Of a DNA stretch of 64,000 nt, positions 24,885-38,300 are shown in pieces. The stretch lies in the NCBI RefSeq assembly GCF_023055435.1, contig NW_025963913.1:4898001-4962000 (forward strand). Direction: 5' to 3'. Origin of the DNA: Haliotis rufescens. Taxonomy: Eukaryota. A model generated the notes under the pieces. The model saw only the letters and a program-made list of their open reading frames with translations, was not told the DNA's origin and made no database searches. Each line of letters starts with the position of its first letter. Position 1 is the first letter of the stretch. The position numbers and the translations under genes are program-made.

Positions 24885-27800
24885 ATTAGACGCTAGATTC
24901 CATACGTTGTACTAATCAAGCTCCTCACAGCGATAGCCCGTTCGCGGAGCTTTCTTATACTATGGCTGTCACGAAAGCTAAATTTACTATGCGTTCACAT
25001 GAAAAGTAACTTAAGTGTGTAAATAAGGTATGTAAATGGCGTAAAGCACACATATTCATGGGTCTGTTCACGACTTTCAACATGAAAAAGTTGTTTTCGA
25101 ATCATGAGAAGAGAGTTGCCTTACAGATATTAACACCGTCCACCCAGCTCTGAATGTCAGCATAAAGGTTGGCATTGCTGTAGTCTGAAAAGTGTCATTT
25201 TCAGAATGGAGAACTGTTTACAACGTGTTTGTTATTGGCAAAACAACAGATATATAGTAATTTGATCATCCTCTGACGTTGGCATAAACATTCACATTAC
25301 AACATATCCATACAGGGCAAATTTACATTTACATTTGCACCTGCTCCAGACATGATGTAAATTTGCTGCTGGTGTTAATATACATACGTGAGTAAACGCG
25401 TTCACGTGACAAGTATAGTCACGTATGCATATAAACACACGTGTGCAAATATACACACATATGTAGAGAGGTGTTCGGGGTATTACACAGTCCATTCAAC
25501 AAATTGAATATGTTTTCACCTGTTTCATTTTTGACAAGTCTTCACATCTAGATAAACATTTGGCATGGAATGGTTAATTTCATTGAGAAAATGTCCTAAT
25601 ACGTAAAGAACTTTCCATTTGCGGAGTTATCCTTTGTTTACATTGGTTGTGCTGTCATCAAACCCCTACCGAGAGAGAGCAATACGGCCACTTTGATGTA
25701 TAAAGATATATTGTCATGCACCTCAATGTCTCAGTTGTAGGAAGATATGTATGTAATTATCTAAAACAACATGTAAAGCGCTCCAAAAACTTGCATTAGG
25801 CAAATCAGTTCTTATTTCAGAATAAGAGAAAAGTCGGGTCATGTGATATGCAAATTAGCCTGTGGTGGTGGTGTTGTGACTGCCGTGACGCCGAATACTC
25901 TTACCCCAGCTGAATCATTTTCTCATTTCAACTATCATGCAACTGGTATAGTAAGAATGTAAAGGGGAAGATATTTTTTTAACTATGATGGCATTCCCAA
26001 ATACATAAACCAACATATAAACGTGACTACATTTAGAGGCCTAATGTCAAAAACTTGTAATGGCCGCTTCCACACCGACGGCAGAGATCATTTGTGTAAT
26101 TCCGGGACAAACCGAATTGAAGGTTACGGAAAGTGGCGAGTGGCGATGCATGGGTGCATTCGTCACGACTCGCTCCTTTCCGTAACTCGCAAAGAACACT
26201 CGTCCCCCTATCGGTGAATGTTATGTGCGAAAATACGACAAACCAATTAGAATGCGCGTGTGATTTCAAGTTCTTCGTCAACGAATCCTTCAGAAATAAT
26301 ATTTGATTTTACATATGTCTTGCATCTAAAAATATAGCCAAAACACAGATAAATGTGTTCACTCATACTGTAAATTCCGCATGTCCCGATGCGTTTTAAA
26401 TAGCATCTGAAATATATATAATATATGGGGAAATATATGTGAACTATTACGCAACGAGTTGACAATTGTTTTAAGTATCCCCGTTTGCGCTAAGAAGGAA
26501 CCAGGTTGCAAAAATGGCCACAAGCGGGGCACGAGTCGCTATTCGGCTTGTCCCGGAATAACACGAGTTGGTCACGAATGGGATTTTACCGAGAGGGAAA
26601 CGAAGGTGTCACGCGCTCGGAAGGAGCTTCAACACATCTGCGATATTTAACTGGCACAAAACAGTGGGAGTCATTAAACGAGTGGTAAGTTTAGCAAGTG
26701 TATCGTCTTGTATCGATATAAACTGGTTCCACTGTTGGTACGCGACGCAAGCTTAGCGCGATATACTATGTTTAGTAGACAGGACCCCAGTCTAGTATCG
26801 ACACAGATTATAACGTTTCATGTATCGTATCGTCGCATGAAAACTCACGGTGCACCATGTATTCAAGGTATAACAGATTTCCCAGTCGTGATCAAAAGGA
26901 TATCATTTGTGTCAATTATTGTGTCAATTATAGCCTACGGAAAGCAACGAGACGCGGCGATCGCTGATGGATCTCCTTGGCGACCGTTGCTACTTCCGTT
27001 ATTCACAAAAGACGCCATTTTGGTTGTTGCTCCTGCACTTTGTTTCCACGTCTGAGTTTGCATTTTACTCTTTATCCCGCACGTATCGCACGTTCATCAC
27101 GATGTATGCCGCTGTTGCTTTGGTTTATCATCAAGGTATCTAGAAGTGGTCTCAATTTTAACTTAATTTTGCTTTTTATCTTGATTTCAAATCTTACAGA
27201 TTGATACCTTTTGACGGATTGTATTCCCAACTTGAATCTGCCGTAAACATTTGGTAACAATATAAGTGAAAGAGAATGACTGACATACTCATTAGCAGAT
27301 GGGACATTTCATGAACGTCGCCGGTCCCTCGTATATATTTATGTACTTTGTGTTTTACAGTTGATCTTTTGTGAAGTGAATGTGTATGGATGTTATAAAT
27401 ATGAATTGTACCAATCAATTCCCATGGTTAAATCATATTAATCATTGTAAAAGTATCATGGTATATGATCAAAGTAACAATAGATCTGTGTTTCCCCTTT
27501 TCTTCCCGTGGTAATGGGATGCAGTCAGTAAAACATGATTTGTGTAGGTTTTCATATGTGGTGTCAAGCGGAGGGACTTGAAAAGTATAGGTCTCTCTTG
27601 TCCCAAAATGTCCAGTGACCATTTTACCTCAACCTAACTTCCTGGCACAGACCTCTGCAACGTTTGCATAATTTGCTGAGGCTCCTAAACACACACAGGA
27701 ATTATGTTTCTATAAAAACAACCCATCTATGTTATAGTCTATACAATGAGGATGGATGTTGTTTTTTATTTTATTTATTCCATTATAGCCCAGGACGATC

Positions 27801-30414
27801 TCCACAGGTTTAGGAACTACCAGGCCCCCGTCTACCAAAAGACTCTTCCTGTCCCTGATCCTGTAGGTCATCATTAGGTTCAAGTTGTTTGAGTGTGTCC
27901 TATTAGTATCAGAAAAACAAATTCGAGAACCTTTGCAACTTTCATTAGTTCGAAACAAGTCATCTGTGTTAAACATTATTAAGATAACTATGTATGTTAT
28001 ATAGTAACGAAGCTTTTAATAATCAGAACTTATGTCTGGCAAACAAAGTTGACTTGCATTGTTCTACCACTCCCTTATTCTGTAATATATATGATCAAAC
28101 TACTTCCGTTTCCCTATACATGACCTTTTCACAAACAACAGTTATCACCACTATTTGTTAGTGATTGAAAAACACATGCTCATGACCAGGGCTCGATTTA
28201 ACAAAAATAAAGGCACAAGTGCCACCTGATATTGAAAAATGCAGCCTATTTTATATCTGTACTTGCACCCAGTGGATGTACAAATTTTACAAATTTGTTA
28301 CTGACTTACTAAAAAGGCTTTCTACATTTACATCTTTGAACTCAATACACTTTTTGTACCATACTACATCACATTCCCAGTGTTTTGTGTAATTTGACAT
28401 TGTCCTTTGTGCTTTTCGTCATGAATCTTATCACGTCAGTCTTATGATAAATGACAAGAATACAAACGAATATATGGGATGTATAAGTGATTCCATTTAA
28501 AGTGATCTTGTCAGTGAAATGAAAATTTCAAATTATTAACGACACTGATTTTCATTCTAGGATTTGAGATGATATTTTCTTCTTTATTTTATGGGTTCAG
28601 TTATGAGTGCAATCGATTTTGTCTAGTGAAAAATGGTTGGGATGAAAACTTGCACCAGGTGCAAGCTACATGTATATCTAATTCCTCAATCGTGCCCTGA
28701 CTCTCATGATACTGCAGGAATTGTACAAATACAGATATTGGGCGATTATCGATATGTTTTTGTCGCATTTCTCTATGTTAGTCGGTAGGCGGTATATCTT
28801 CACTTGCTATTCGTTTAAATATCCAGATAAAGTAGGAACAAATGGTCGACCTTTTCATGTTTATTTCATACACGCTTAACTGTGGATTGATACTGATTTC
28901 AATGATTTAAGGACATCTATTTCCTCTCTATAAGCGCCCCAGTGTCTTCACGATCACCGTCAACCCCCTCTCATCCCAGCCCGACCCCCAGCCCTCCCTC
29001 CCCGCCCCTGCCCTCAGAGCCCGCCCTCAAGTTGTGGAGATAGATCTTGGTGAAGAATCCAAGCAGCCCCAGTCATGCTCGGCTGTCCTTGTGTCCTGTG
29101 TGAAATACATGTTCCAGAGTTTCTTCACGGAGAGATAGACTTTAGATTTGTTTGCTGTGCCAATGTTGTGTGAACTACTAATTTTAGGACCTTTCGGACA
29201 AACCATTTGGACTATTTTGGACTATTTTTGATAACACACATTTTGTTTCATACATGAATTAAAATTTATATAATATTCTGCTAAAAATGTTTGTGATAAA
29301 GCTGTTGCTTGAAGAACATGTCTTCTTGTACATTTGTGTTTTCTGCATTCCTTGTTATGAAAACTGAAATGGAGAGATGGCTTCACAGGCGGTCCATGCC
29401 TAATTGTCGCTTCAACTAACCTATTGCTATTTTAAGAGTTGGTCTAAACGGGGATCGGGTAGATGAAATCCGGGGGGTCCAAGGTCATTCCGACCGTCAC
29501 AGTCAAGGGCTTTTACCTACCAATGTCTACAGGGATCGTTCTAGAGTCGATCCTGTATGATTATTAAGTATTCCCATGTTTTAATTACTTATATCACATT
29601 TCGACAGCTCTAGGAGATGTGTCGTCCTCGGCATTCATTCTGGGTCATGCGACTTCCGGAATGTATTCTTTACATTACATGGATCCAGTTCTGGTTTCAG
29701 CCAACTTCGTACACTTTCAAGTTTCAAAGTTTGTACAATTTCATTGTTTAAGCAGTTCAGATATATCAATCGTGGGAGGGATACAGACAAGTACCGGATT
29801 CCAGAGCCACGATGTGACAGACAATGCCGAGCGACTGTACAGTTGACAGCCGGTATCATGTCTCGCGATCTCGAGACATTGTACAAGATTTTTCAGTTCA
29901 ATGATTAATTAATAAACTCGTTATTGAACCTTACTTACTTGTTGTGTGATCCTTCTGCTTTTCGACAGTTTCAACGTTCGCTACTTGCAGATCTTTGTGA
30001 TATATTTTCGCGAAGTGGCAGCATCCCATTTATTTTCGTAGTATCCACAAAAAATGGACCAGTCTATAAGCTAAACACGGGATATTCCGAACGACAGTTA
30101 CGGGCTTTACGATTGATTCAGTCAAGAACATGGTCTATCTGTCGATTCAATGCAGGGATACAACACAAAGAGGTCTCTATATAGACTCCCAGCTTCAATT
30201 TGATGAACATTTGAACGGAAGAGACTTTGCATTGTCCGTAGGAAGTAGTGCCATATAATCTAGGCCATCTATTGGACAGTCCAGTATGTTCTTTTGTTAA
30301 GTTTTCACATTTCGAATCAAAACTTTGTCAGGCTATTTTTGAAAGTGTTGTCACCGGTTTGAAACAAGCGCTGTTTTGCTCGAGAAAGCTGCTTCCTGAA
30401 TGACTAATGTCGAC

Positions 30415-30927
30415 TTATCCCCCGCCCAACAAAGTATGCGGGGGATATAGAAACGGGCTTCGTCCGTCCGCCACGTTTCGTTTCAGGAGCATAACTCAGA
30501 AACCGTTCAATTCTTTTTCATCAAACTTTGTAGGTTTGTCAGGTACAGCTGAACTGGTGCCTTTTGCTATTTAGAAATTTTAAAATATTTTTTTACCTTT
30601 CCATGGCAACAAGATGGGCTTAGGTTCTGTGCGGGTAGGGTTTGTTTCCGGAGCATAACTCATAAACCGTTCAATACTTTTAATGAAAGTTTGCAGGTTT
30701 GTTAGGTACTTGCTGAACTGGTGCCTTTTGCTATTTAGAAATTTTAGAAATTATTATTTTTTACGTTTCCATGGCAGCAAGATGGACTTAGGTTCCAAAC
30801 TCTTCTTTTTTTAACAATTTCAATGACAAGTTCCACCTCGGTTAAAAAAGGTTAGGGTTTGTTTAGATTTAATTATGTCATAAATTCTGCAAAAAGGGGG
30901 ATATAGCCACGTTAGTGGAAACTCTTG
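30415..30927 (+). mobile_element. Helentron-associated non-autonomous element (HINE/DINE/Pearl-like)
   Basis: Inserted at TT with no TSD. 5' TTATCCCCCGC...GCGGGGGATA inverted pair, (GTCC)n, two ~165-bp internal core repeats (30485, 30649), 3' GGGGGATAT plus a short stem-loop. Absent from copies 4 and 6. Confidence 0.85.
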
Positions 30928-31074
30928 TTAGTCATTTCATTGGTCAAAGTTCGCGAAAGGTCGTTCTGATATGACCCGCAATAGGATGTACCCAGACCTT
31001 TGTTTACAGTAGCGAGAACTAAGATCTGATTTTAATGAGATTGGGTTGTGGTGTTGACAAACCTGGAAATATAA

Positions 31075-31170
31075 TCAGGTCGAATCTGGGATTGGAGCCC
31101 ACGATGTTGGGTTTCTGGTATGCAGTTCTCCACAGTGAACTGCGGCGCCTTAGACAACTCGGTCACCTGG
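31075..31170 (-). other. Degenerate tRNA(Leu/Ser)-like remnant, probably a SINE head (also ~22795-22890 and ~62095-62190)
   Basis: The minus strand reads TGACCGAGTTGTCTAAGGCG (A-box/D-arm-like) ... GTGGGCTCCAATCCCAG (B-box/T-arm-like). No valid anticodon arm. Confidence 0.4.
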
Positions 31171-31339
31171 GTTCCCTTCTGGTGAAGAAAGATCTGAAAA
31201 GCTTACCTTTAACATTGCTGAAGTTGAAGAGGTTGACGATTTTATAGACATAGACATAGATGTATTTCAGTAATGTTAGGCCACTGACCCATTCTACATT
31301 TCAATAAGTTGGTGTTTTTGTTTTTTCCCAAGCATGCTC

Positions 31340-31533
31340 ACCCGTGAAGATCCGGGGTAGAATAGGTCTTCAGCAACCCATGCTTGCCGTAAAAGGAGAC
31401 TATGCTTATCGTACGAGGCGACTAACGGGATCGGGTGGTCAGGCTCGCTGACTTCGTTGATGCATGTCATCGATCCAATTGAGTGGATCGGTGCTCCTTA
31501 TATTAATCACTGGACTGTCTGGTCCAGACTCGA
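31340..31533 (+). mobile_element. SINE / non-autonomous RTE-like retroposon, 3'-truncated
   Basis: ACCCGTGAAGATCCGGGGTAGAATAGG...GGCGACTAACGGGATCGGGTGGTCAGGCTCGCTGAC, shared with the 24668 and 35121 copies. Confidence 0.85.
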
Positions 31534-31837
31534 TTTTTTAAAGATGACAACTTATTACAGAATTCATTTAACAAAGATAATTGCCATTTTTTCATTGAAA
31601 TATCATCAATACCAAGTCGATAGTTGTAATGAAAACTGGAATCTAAGAAAGTTTGAATTCAATACATAATATAACTATTCTTACCACATGCAGATACGTG
31701 TAGGATACGTGTTTCATTCTTCATTAAAATATTCCAAGTAATGTTCTTACACATATATCAGACCACAGTGATTAGACGTCAACATGATTACACGTACAAT
31801 TAGTTAGAAATTCGGCAATGTAATCGCACAAGGCCTT

Positions 31838-32511
31838 GGTATGGAAGGGTGTTAGTGCCACAGTCTAAACAAAAATATCTACGTAGATGATATGATACTG
31901 ATGATGATACTGCTTTCATCTAGGTATCAATATTTTCTCGAGTAATCGACGCTTCAAAATTTGAGCGAAATTATATATTAACCATAACATGGTTAAAGCC
32001 GGAGGAATATGTTGACCCTCGTGATTTCTCCATGACGGAAATTAGGGTTGAGAGGTAGACCGTGAAGTGAAGGGGTGAGAATCACTCAAACTAATTTATA
32101 AACCTATATCAAACCAATACTCGTCATCTTCCTATAAAGCACTGAAGGTACAATTCGTCAGATTGTGTTTTTTAATTTTAGCGCTAATAGTTTGACACGT
32201 TGAAAACAAAACAAAACAACCAACATGCTCCCAAACATTTAATAAAATTTGACAGTATTTAAGTAATCACCTTAATTTAAAATATATATGTTTGTATCCA
32301 ACTGGTATTGCAACTTCACCGGACTATATCACTGTCTGAGAAACGATACGTTCGATTATAATATCACATACAGGGATGAAAGTATGACCTACGTAGATGT
32401 AAGTATCGTCTCCGTAGATGTAAGTATCGTCTACGTAGATGTAAGTATCATCTACGTAGAAATTTAGTGTCATATACGTAGATGATCAATCTTTTCTATA
32501 CTGTAGCACTA
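31838..32511. mobile_element. PIF/Harbinger-like MITE, right end clipped, with an internal 20-bp tandem repeat
   Basis: Same insertion as 62750-63576. About four units of CTACGTAGATGTAAGTATCG at ~32389-32460. Confidence 0.65.
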
Positions 32512-32791
32512 GAAAATGCGATTAGAACTATACTTCAGACTGTTGGAAAAAAAAATGTCTGCCACAAAATATACATTGTTGCAAGATGTGTGTTTTAAAA
32601 CCCCCAAATATTTAGTCTCATAGCTGTAGCTGAAAAAATACCCAGTCTCCAAACAAAATCCAAGGTGTGGACACAATCAAGAATTAACCATGTGATAAAA
32701 ACTCAATGATATTGCCAACAAAACGGATATTTCTTGAAAAGCTCACTTTGCAATTTTTGTCATTACTGTAATAATATTCCTTATGGCTGGA

Positions 32792-33087
32792 AGGTCCAGG
32801 GTTCGATCCCCGGCCGCGTCATACCAAAAGACGTTAAAAGATGGTACTTCTTGTTACCCTGTCTGGCGCTCGACATAAAGGGGCTAAAACAAGGACTGGT
32901 CGCCTCGGGGTCAGTGTATGAGTGGGGTATTCATGTTAAACTGCGGCGTGGTATCTCAGTGGGCTAGCACTATAAATCGGCATCAATCCGGACTAGTACA
33001 AGCAGCCGGAGACACACGTGCATGCACGTCGCTATGTGAGTGCAATCATCTTGGACGCGACGTCAAACCCCATTTCACCTCCGCTCA
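32792..33087 (+). mobile_element. 5'-truncated tRNA-derived SINE with a Meta/MESC-like core
   Basis: B-box GGTTCGATCCC followed by CGCGTCATACCAAAAGAC...ATGGTAC. TSD CCTTAT(G/C)GCTGGA at 32779-32791 and 33088-33100. Confidence 0.8.
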
Positions 33088-33531
33088 CCTTATCGCTGGA
33101 CTTTTTAAAAAAATCTGTTCACTTTATAAGCATTATTACACATGCAGCTATCTTCGCATCTTCCCGAGGCAAGGGAGTTAACTGAATGTAAAACTCCATT
33201 TTCCACTCTTGCCGAGCTGGGCTGTAATTTCTGGGCTAGTAGTTTTACCAGTGGCTAATACGAGTTATGTCCCTTCCATTAACCAATGGAAATTCAACCT
33301 CTCACATCACTTGAATTTGCTTTAAACAAATTACGGCTCCCAGTCTAGACGATTGTTGTTAGCTTAACGCCACTTCTTGCAAGAACATTCCTATTAGAAT
33401 GTTTCTTTCACTCTCTATCTAATATGACAGGCGTTGTTTTGTATCAAATATTTCTTTCAGTATTGCGTCAATGTTGAGTCAGTTCACCGGCGTTTATTCT
33501 TTAAACAAGGCAACTCGTCAAATTTAGTATG

Positions 33532-33668
33532 TGTAATATATGTTGTGAAGCACTCCTAATATATCCATGTTAGCCCCATTATCCCCACATAATACATGTA
33601 AGGGGAGACCACTCCGAATAAAGGGTCTTGCAAGTGCCAGCCATGTGTCTTCATTACTAGACATTACA
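33532..33668 (+). repeat. 5' LTR (137 bp)
   Basis: TGTAATAT...CATTACA with an internal AATAAA. Direct repeat of 57032-57161. Confidence 0.95.
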
Positions 33669-33683
33669 TGGTGTCCGAAATCC
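33669..33683 (+). promoter_or_regulatory. Primer-binding site (tRNA-Leu-like, degenerate)
   Basis: TGGTGTCCGAAA immediately after the LTR, resembling TGGTGTCAGAAG. Confidence 0.65.
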
Positions 33684-34632
33684 GAACCCATCGATGACAT
33701 GGGGAAAATACATGGGCAGGTATAAACTTTAGGATCTATTTAACAGTATCTCACGCAAATTTAAAAAAGTTTGATGTGTTTTACTAAGAAAATGTGATCA
33801 AAATGTCTAGAATGGCTGGATCAAACCCAGTTATGAACTGGGACAGTGGAGATATGCCGACAACATTGAAACAGTTTAAAACGCATTTTGATTTCATGTT
33901 TGGTGGCCCTCTGAAAAGCAAATCAGAAGCAGAAAGATGTAATTTCTTGATGTTATGGGTTGGAGATAAGGCAGAACCGTATTAGAAACTTGGAATATGA
34001 ATGCAGATGACCGTAAAGTACTTAAAAACTACTATGATCGGTTTGAGAGTTTTGTGAAACCTAATTCCAACAGAGTATTTTGAAGATACAAGTTCCAGTG
34101 TAAAGTGCAGGGACAAAGTTTCTCAGTTTAAAACAGAACGGAAAATGCTTGCAGCTGACTGTGGAGATCATATGGTTGAAATGATCAGAGACAGAATTGG
34201 TTTTGGTGTTAATTCCTCTAGAGTGTGTGAAAAACTGATAAACGAGGGATCTGATTTATCGTTAGATAAAGCCATAGACATTGTGCAGACACAGGAAATG
34301 TCACAAGAGCAGTTAAAGGCTATGGGACCTGCAGAAGGTGCAGTTCATAAACAACAGAAGAAACAAAAGTCAGAATATGAGGTAAGATGAAAAACTGGTT
34401 ACAGAAGCAAATCAACACACAGAAAAGTTGATAGAGAATGCAATGAATGTGGTTATGAACATGTCAGAGATAATTATTGTCCAGGTGAAGGTCAACAATG
34501 TAAAGTTTGCAGAAAAATTGGACATTTTGCATCTGTGTGCAAATACAGTAAAATTAAGCAGTATCCAGCTCCACAGAAGAAATCAAGTAAGAAAGTTCAT
34601 CATGTTGAAGAGCCGTCAAGTGTTGAATCTGA

Positions 34633-34699
34633 AACTGCAGCGGAAGAAGAAACAGAAACTGAAGAAGAAACAGAAACTGAAGAAAAAACAGAAACTGAA
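34633..34699 (+). repeat. 18-bp tandem repeat (GAAGAAACAGAAACTGAA) at the gag/protease boundary
   Basis: About three and a half copies, reading EEETET in the Gag frame. Confidence 0.85.
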
Positions 34700-35120
34700 G
34701 TATGGGAATGGTAAACAAAGCAAATGAACATGCAGAGAATAATGCTTGATATGAGAACTTTCCCATAAGTGGCAGAAAAGTGACATTGCAGTTAGACACA
34801 GGAGCAAGGTGCAATTTGGTTTCGAACAGTACATTCGACAAAATAGGTATGAAAACAGGTCTTGAGAAACCTACAGTCTGTCTCAAGTCATATTCAGGTC
34901 ACGTGATAGCGTCGGTAGGGTCAGTGAAGTTACCAGGTGACTATAAAGGTGAAATCCATAATGTAATCACATAATGTTTCACATTGTGGATTGAGTTTAC
35001 CCTTCCATTATCGGAGCCAAGTCTTGTTAAGAAATGGGACTGGTCAAGCGAGTATATCACATTCAAGACAAAGTTATACCAGAATACATTCCAGCAGCTC
35101 ACCCAGATTTGTTCCACGGT

Positions 35121-35387
35121 TAGTTGGTTGGTTTGTTGTTTAACGCCACACTCAGCAATATTCCAGCTATATGACGGCGGTCTGTAAATAATCGAGCCTG
35201 GACCAGACAATCCAGTGATTGATATCATGAGCATCGATCCACGCAATTGGGATCGATGACATGCATCAACCAAGTCAGAGAGCCTGATCACCCGATCCCG
35301 TTAGTCGCCTTTTACGACAAGCATAGTCACCTTTTACGGCAAGCATGGGTTGCTGGAAACCTTTTCTATCCCGGAATCTTCACGGGT
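35121..35387 (-). mobile_element. SINE / non-autonomous RTE-like retroposon inserted in Gypsy pol
   Basis: Reverse complement of the 31340/24668 family, full length. Decayed TSD TTCCACGGT / TTCAATGGT. Confidence 0.88.
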
Positions 35388-38300
35388 TCAATGGTATCGG
35401 ATGTCTACCCGGAGAACACACAATCACACTGGATGAAAGCGTCAAACCTGTAATTCATCCACCTCGGAAAGTTCCAGTCGCCCTCAAGGTCAAGATTAAA
35501 CAAGAAATCGAGAGGATGGAAGATCTAGGTATCATCGTGCAGCAGAATGAACCTACTCCATGGGTGAACAGTATGGTGACAGTTATCAAGCCTAACAAAG
35601 TAAGAATCTGCCTCGATCCAAAAGACTTAAGCAACGCAATACACAGAGAACAAATAAACGCTCCAGTATTGTACGTCATACTATGATGAGTCTGAAGAGC
35701 TCACACTGAATGTAGATGCAAGTTCAAAAGGCCTTGGTGCAGTGTTGCTACAGAAGTCCAAGCCAATAGCCTATGCTTCACGAGCGTTGACAGCAGCACA
35801 ACAGTTGTACGCCCAGATTGAAAAAGAGACATCAGCGACTGTATTTGGGTGTACCAAGTTCCATCACTATGTGTTCGGAAGATCACTACAAGTACAAGTC
35901 GAGACTGATCACAAGCCGCTGGAGTCAACATTCAGGAAACCACTCCTTGACGCACCAGCATGACTTTGACTTCCTTTGGCACTACAGAAATACGACATAA
36001 AGGTGAAATACAAGCCGGGTAAAGAAATGAAGATTTCAGACATGTTGAGCAGGTTCTATCTACATGAGACAACAGAGAATCTAGTTCCAGAAGTTGACGT
36101 GAATGCAGTCACATTGTTTGCATACTTACCTGTCTCACCTGAAAAAACAAGAAGAATTTCAGATAGCGACGAAAGCAGATACAGTTCTCCAAGAGTTACA
36201 GCGAGTAATTCAAAGTGGATGGCCAGAAAGTAAAGCAGAACTTTCAACTGAACTGAATGCATACTGGGCCTACAGAGATGAAATCTCCAGTATAAATGGT
36301 CTGTTGTTCAAGGGACACAAGCTCATCATTCCGAAGTGTATGAGGCGAGAAATGCTTCATATTATCCATGAACCACACCTGGGTATTGTGAAAAATAAAA
36401 TGCAGAGATGTGTTATATTGGCTATTGAAGATATGGTGTCAAAATGTGAAACCTGTGCAATCCATCACAAATCAAACACCAGGGAACCTATGATACCAGC
36501 TGAGTAGACCATGGTCCAAGACTGCTATACAGATCTGTTTGAACACAAAGGTCATCATTACTTGTTGACAGTGGATTATTTCTCAAAATGGCCAGAAATG
36601 GCTAAATTGGAAAATGAGACAAATTCAAATGTGATCATGCAGCTATCGGAATAGCCAAATGTCAAGGTATGGAATACCTAAGCGCCAATGGTCCGCAGTA
36701 TTGAATTTGACAAGTTCGCTAAACAGTGTGTATTCAAGCACACAACAAGCAGCCCGCACTAGCTCCAATCAAATGGACAGGCGTAAAGGTGTGTACAAAC
36801 TGTTAAAAAAAATCATATAGATCTATATTATTATATATTTTGACATTTGCATCGGTCTAATTCTCCAGGTTAAACTGTTCATAGTGTTATTTGAAACGAC
36901 AGGCTATGTGACTGTACGTGTACTGTAGTGTAGACCAAGATGAGATTAGGTCCATAATACGTTTCTAAAACTTAAAATACATCACACACACAAATACACG
37001 TCACAGTTTTAGATTCTGTGGGAAAGTTTCTATTATGTGATGCCATTAACAACTATTTTAGGCAAAGCATCTGTATCATTAACGACATCTGAAAATCGTG
37101 TACAGCGAAAATATTGACATTTCCGCATTTTACCAATTCACTGTTCTAAATGTAATTATTTATTCAAATAAGGTATAGCTACTTGAGAATCTCAATTACA
37201 AAACCATTGGGTGTCTGCTCTTTGTCAAAACACCAATCATCATTCCGAAAAGACTCCAAAAACCCTCTATTCGTTTTCGAAACATAAAAACCGAACCGCC
37301 ATGTTGATAGCGTTGGAAAATCACGGTTCTTTTCGCGTTAGACGAGATGCCTATATCACATCAAATATATTTCACACTCAGCTACGATACATACATCCCT
37401 GAATTCATCATACCATTAAGAATCAATTGACATTTTGTCTAAGTCACTAATACAAACGGTCCAAATGAAATCAACCGCAATATTCAAGTGTGAAACAAAA
37501 CCCTGTGCTCTGAAACCTACCGAGTGGGCTTTCTCATTTAAACAAATGTAAACAAAGCAAATTTCTAGTTTTACTTAACATTTTCTACTATTCCGAGAGA
37601 TTTAGTCGTCAGTTTGTTGCCTACATTAGCTCGGATCATTACGAATATGCAATCCTTGCAAGAATTGAGGAATAAATAAATAGAGTCTAGATACTTTTTT
37701 TGAAAAGTCAACAGAAATCGTTCCACGTGACGCAATGATATTGACGCAAAATCACACACACTGAAGGCGGTCTGCCTTCCACTTAGTATCAAGGCGAGAA
37801 TGGAACATGAAAACAAACAGAACTTGTTGATTTCAGATTGATTCTGATTACTTAACTTACTTGACTCATTTATGTATGTATGTGATCCCAGCATCACGGT
37901 AAAACCTACTCCAAACATTCCGCGTACTGCAATCATTTATGTTATGACGAGAGGTTACCGGTAGTGATGTCATATTAGTATACGTCAACATCAACATCGT
38001 TGTACATATTTGTTATTTCCTTTGAGGTGAGGGTGAACTAGTACACAACGCATTCAGTTCATGAAGTAGTTTACTGTTTCAATCTTCAATTATAATTTGA
38101 ATATCTCTTCTATATTTTTTCACCCAGTAAAATAATGCACTGCTGCAAAATGGGTACATGTATGTAGTACTGTTACTAATATAATCAAAAATGCCATAGA
38201 ATTTATGAAACTCATAATAATCAACTGTTTTTTAATCACAGAAATTGACATTCATCGTGTTATTCTTCCTATAAGATGCTTTGTGAATGTACCACACCGC

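Larger units (their letters stand above)
33803..36815 (+). pseudogene. Gypsy gag-pol pseudogene (stops, frameshifts, RT core deleted)
   Basis: Gag MIRDRIGFG and CCHC knuckle. Protease LDTGARCN. RT start PVIHPPRKVP..ICLDPKDL, which jumps at ~35650 to RNase H DASSKGLGAVL/YAQIEKE/TDHKPL. Integrase HLG..CETC and VDYFSKWPE. Confidence 0.93.

Noticed and set aside
31075-31170. Functional tRNA-Leu gene
   Set aside because: The B-box is mutated, no proper anticodon or variable arm folds, and the copies are degenerate.
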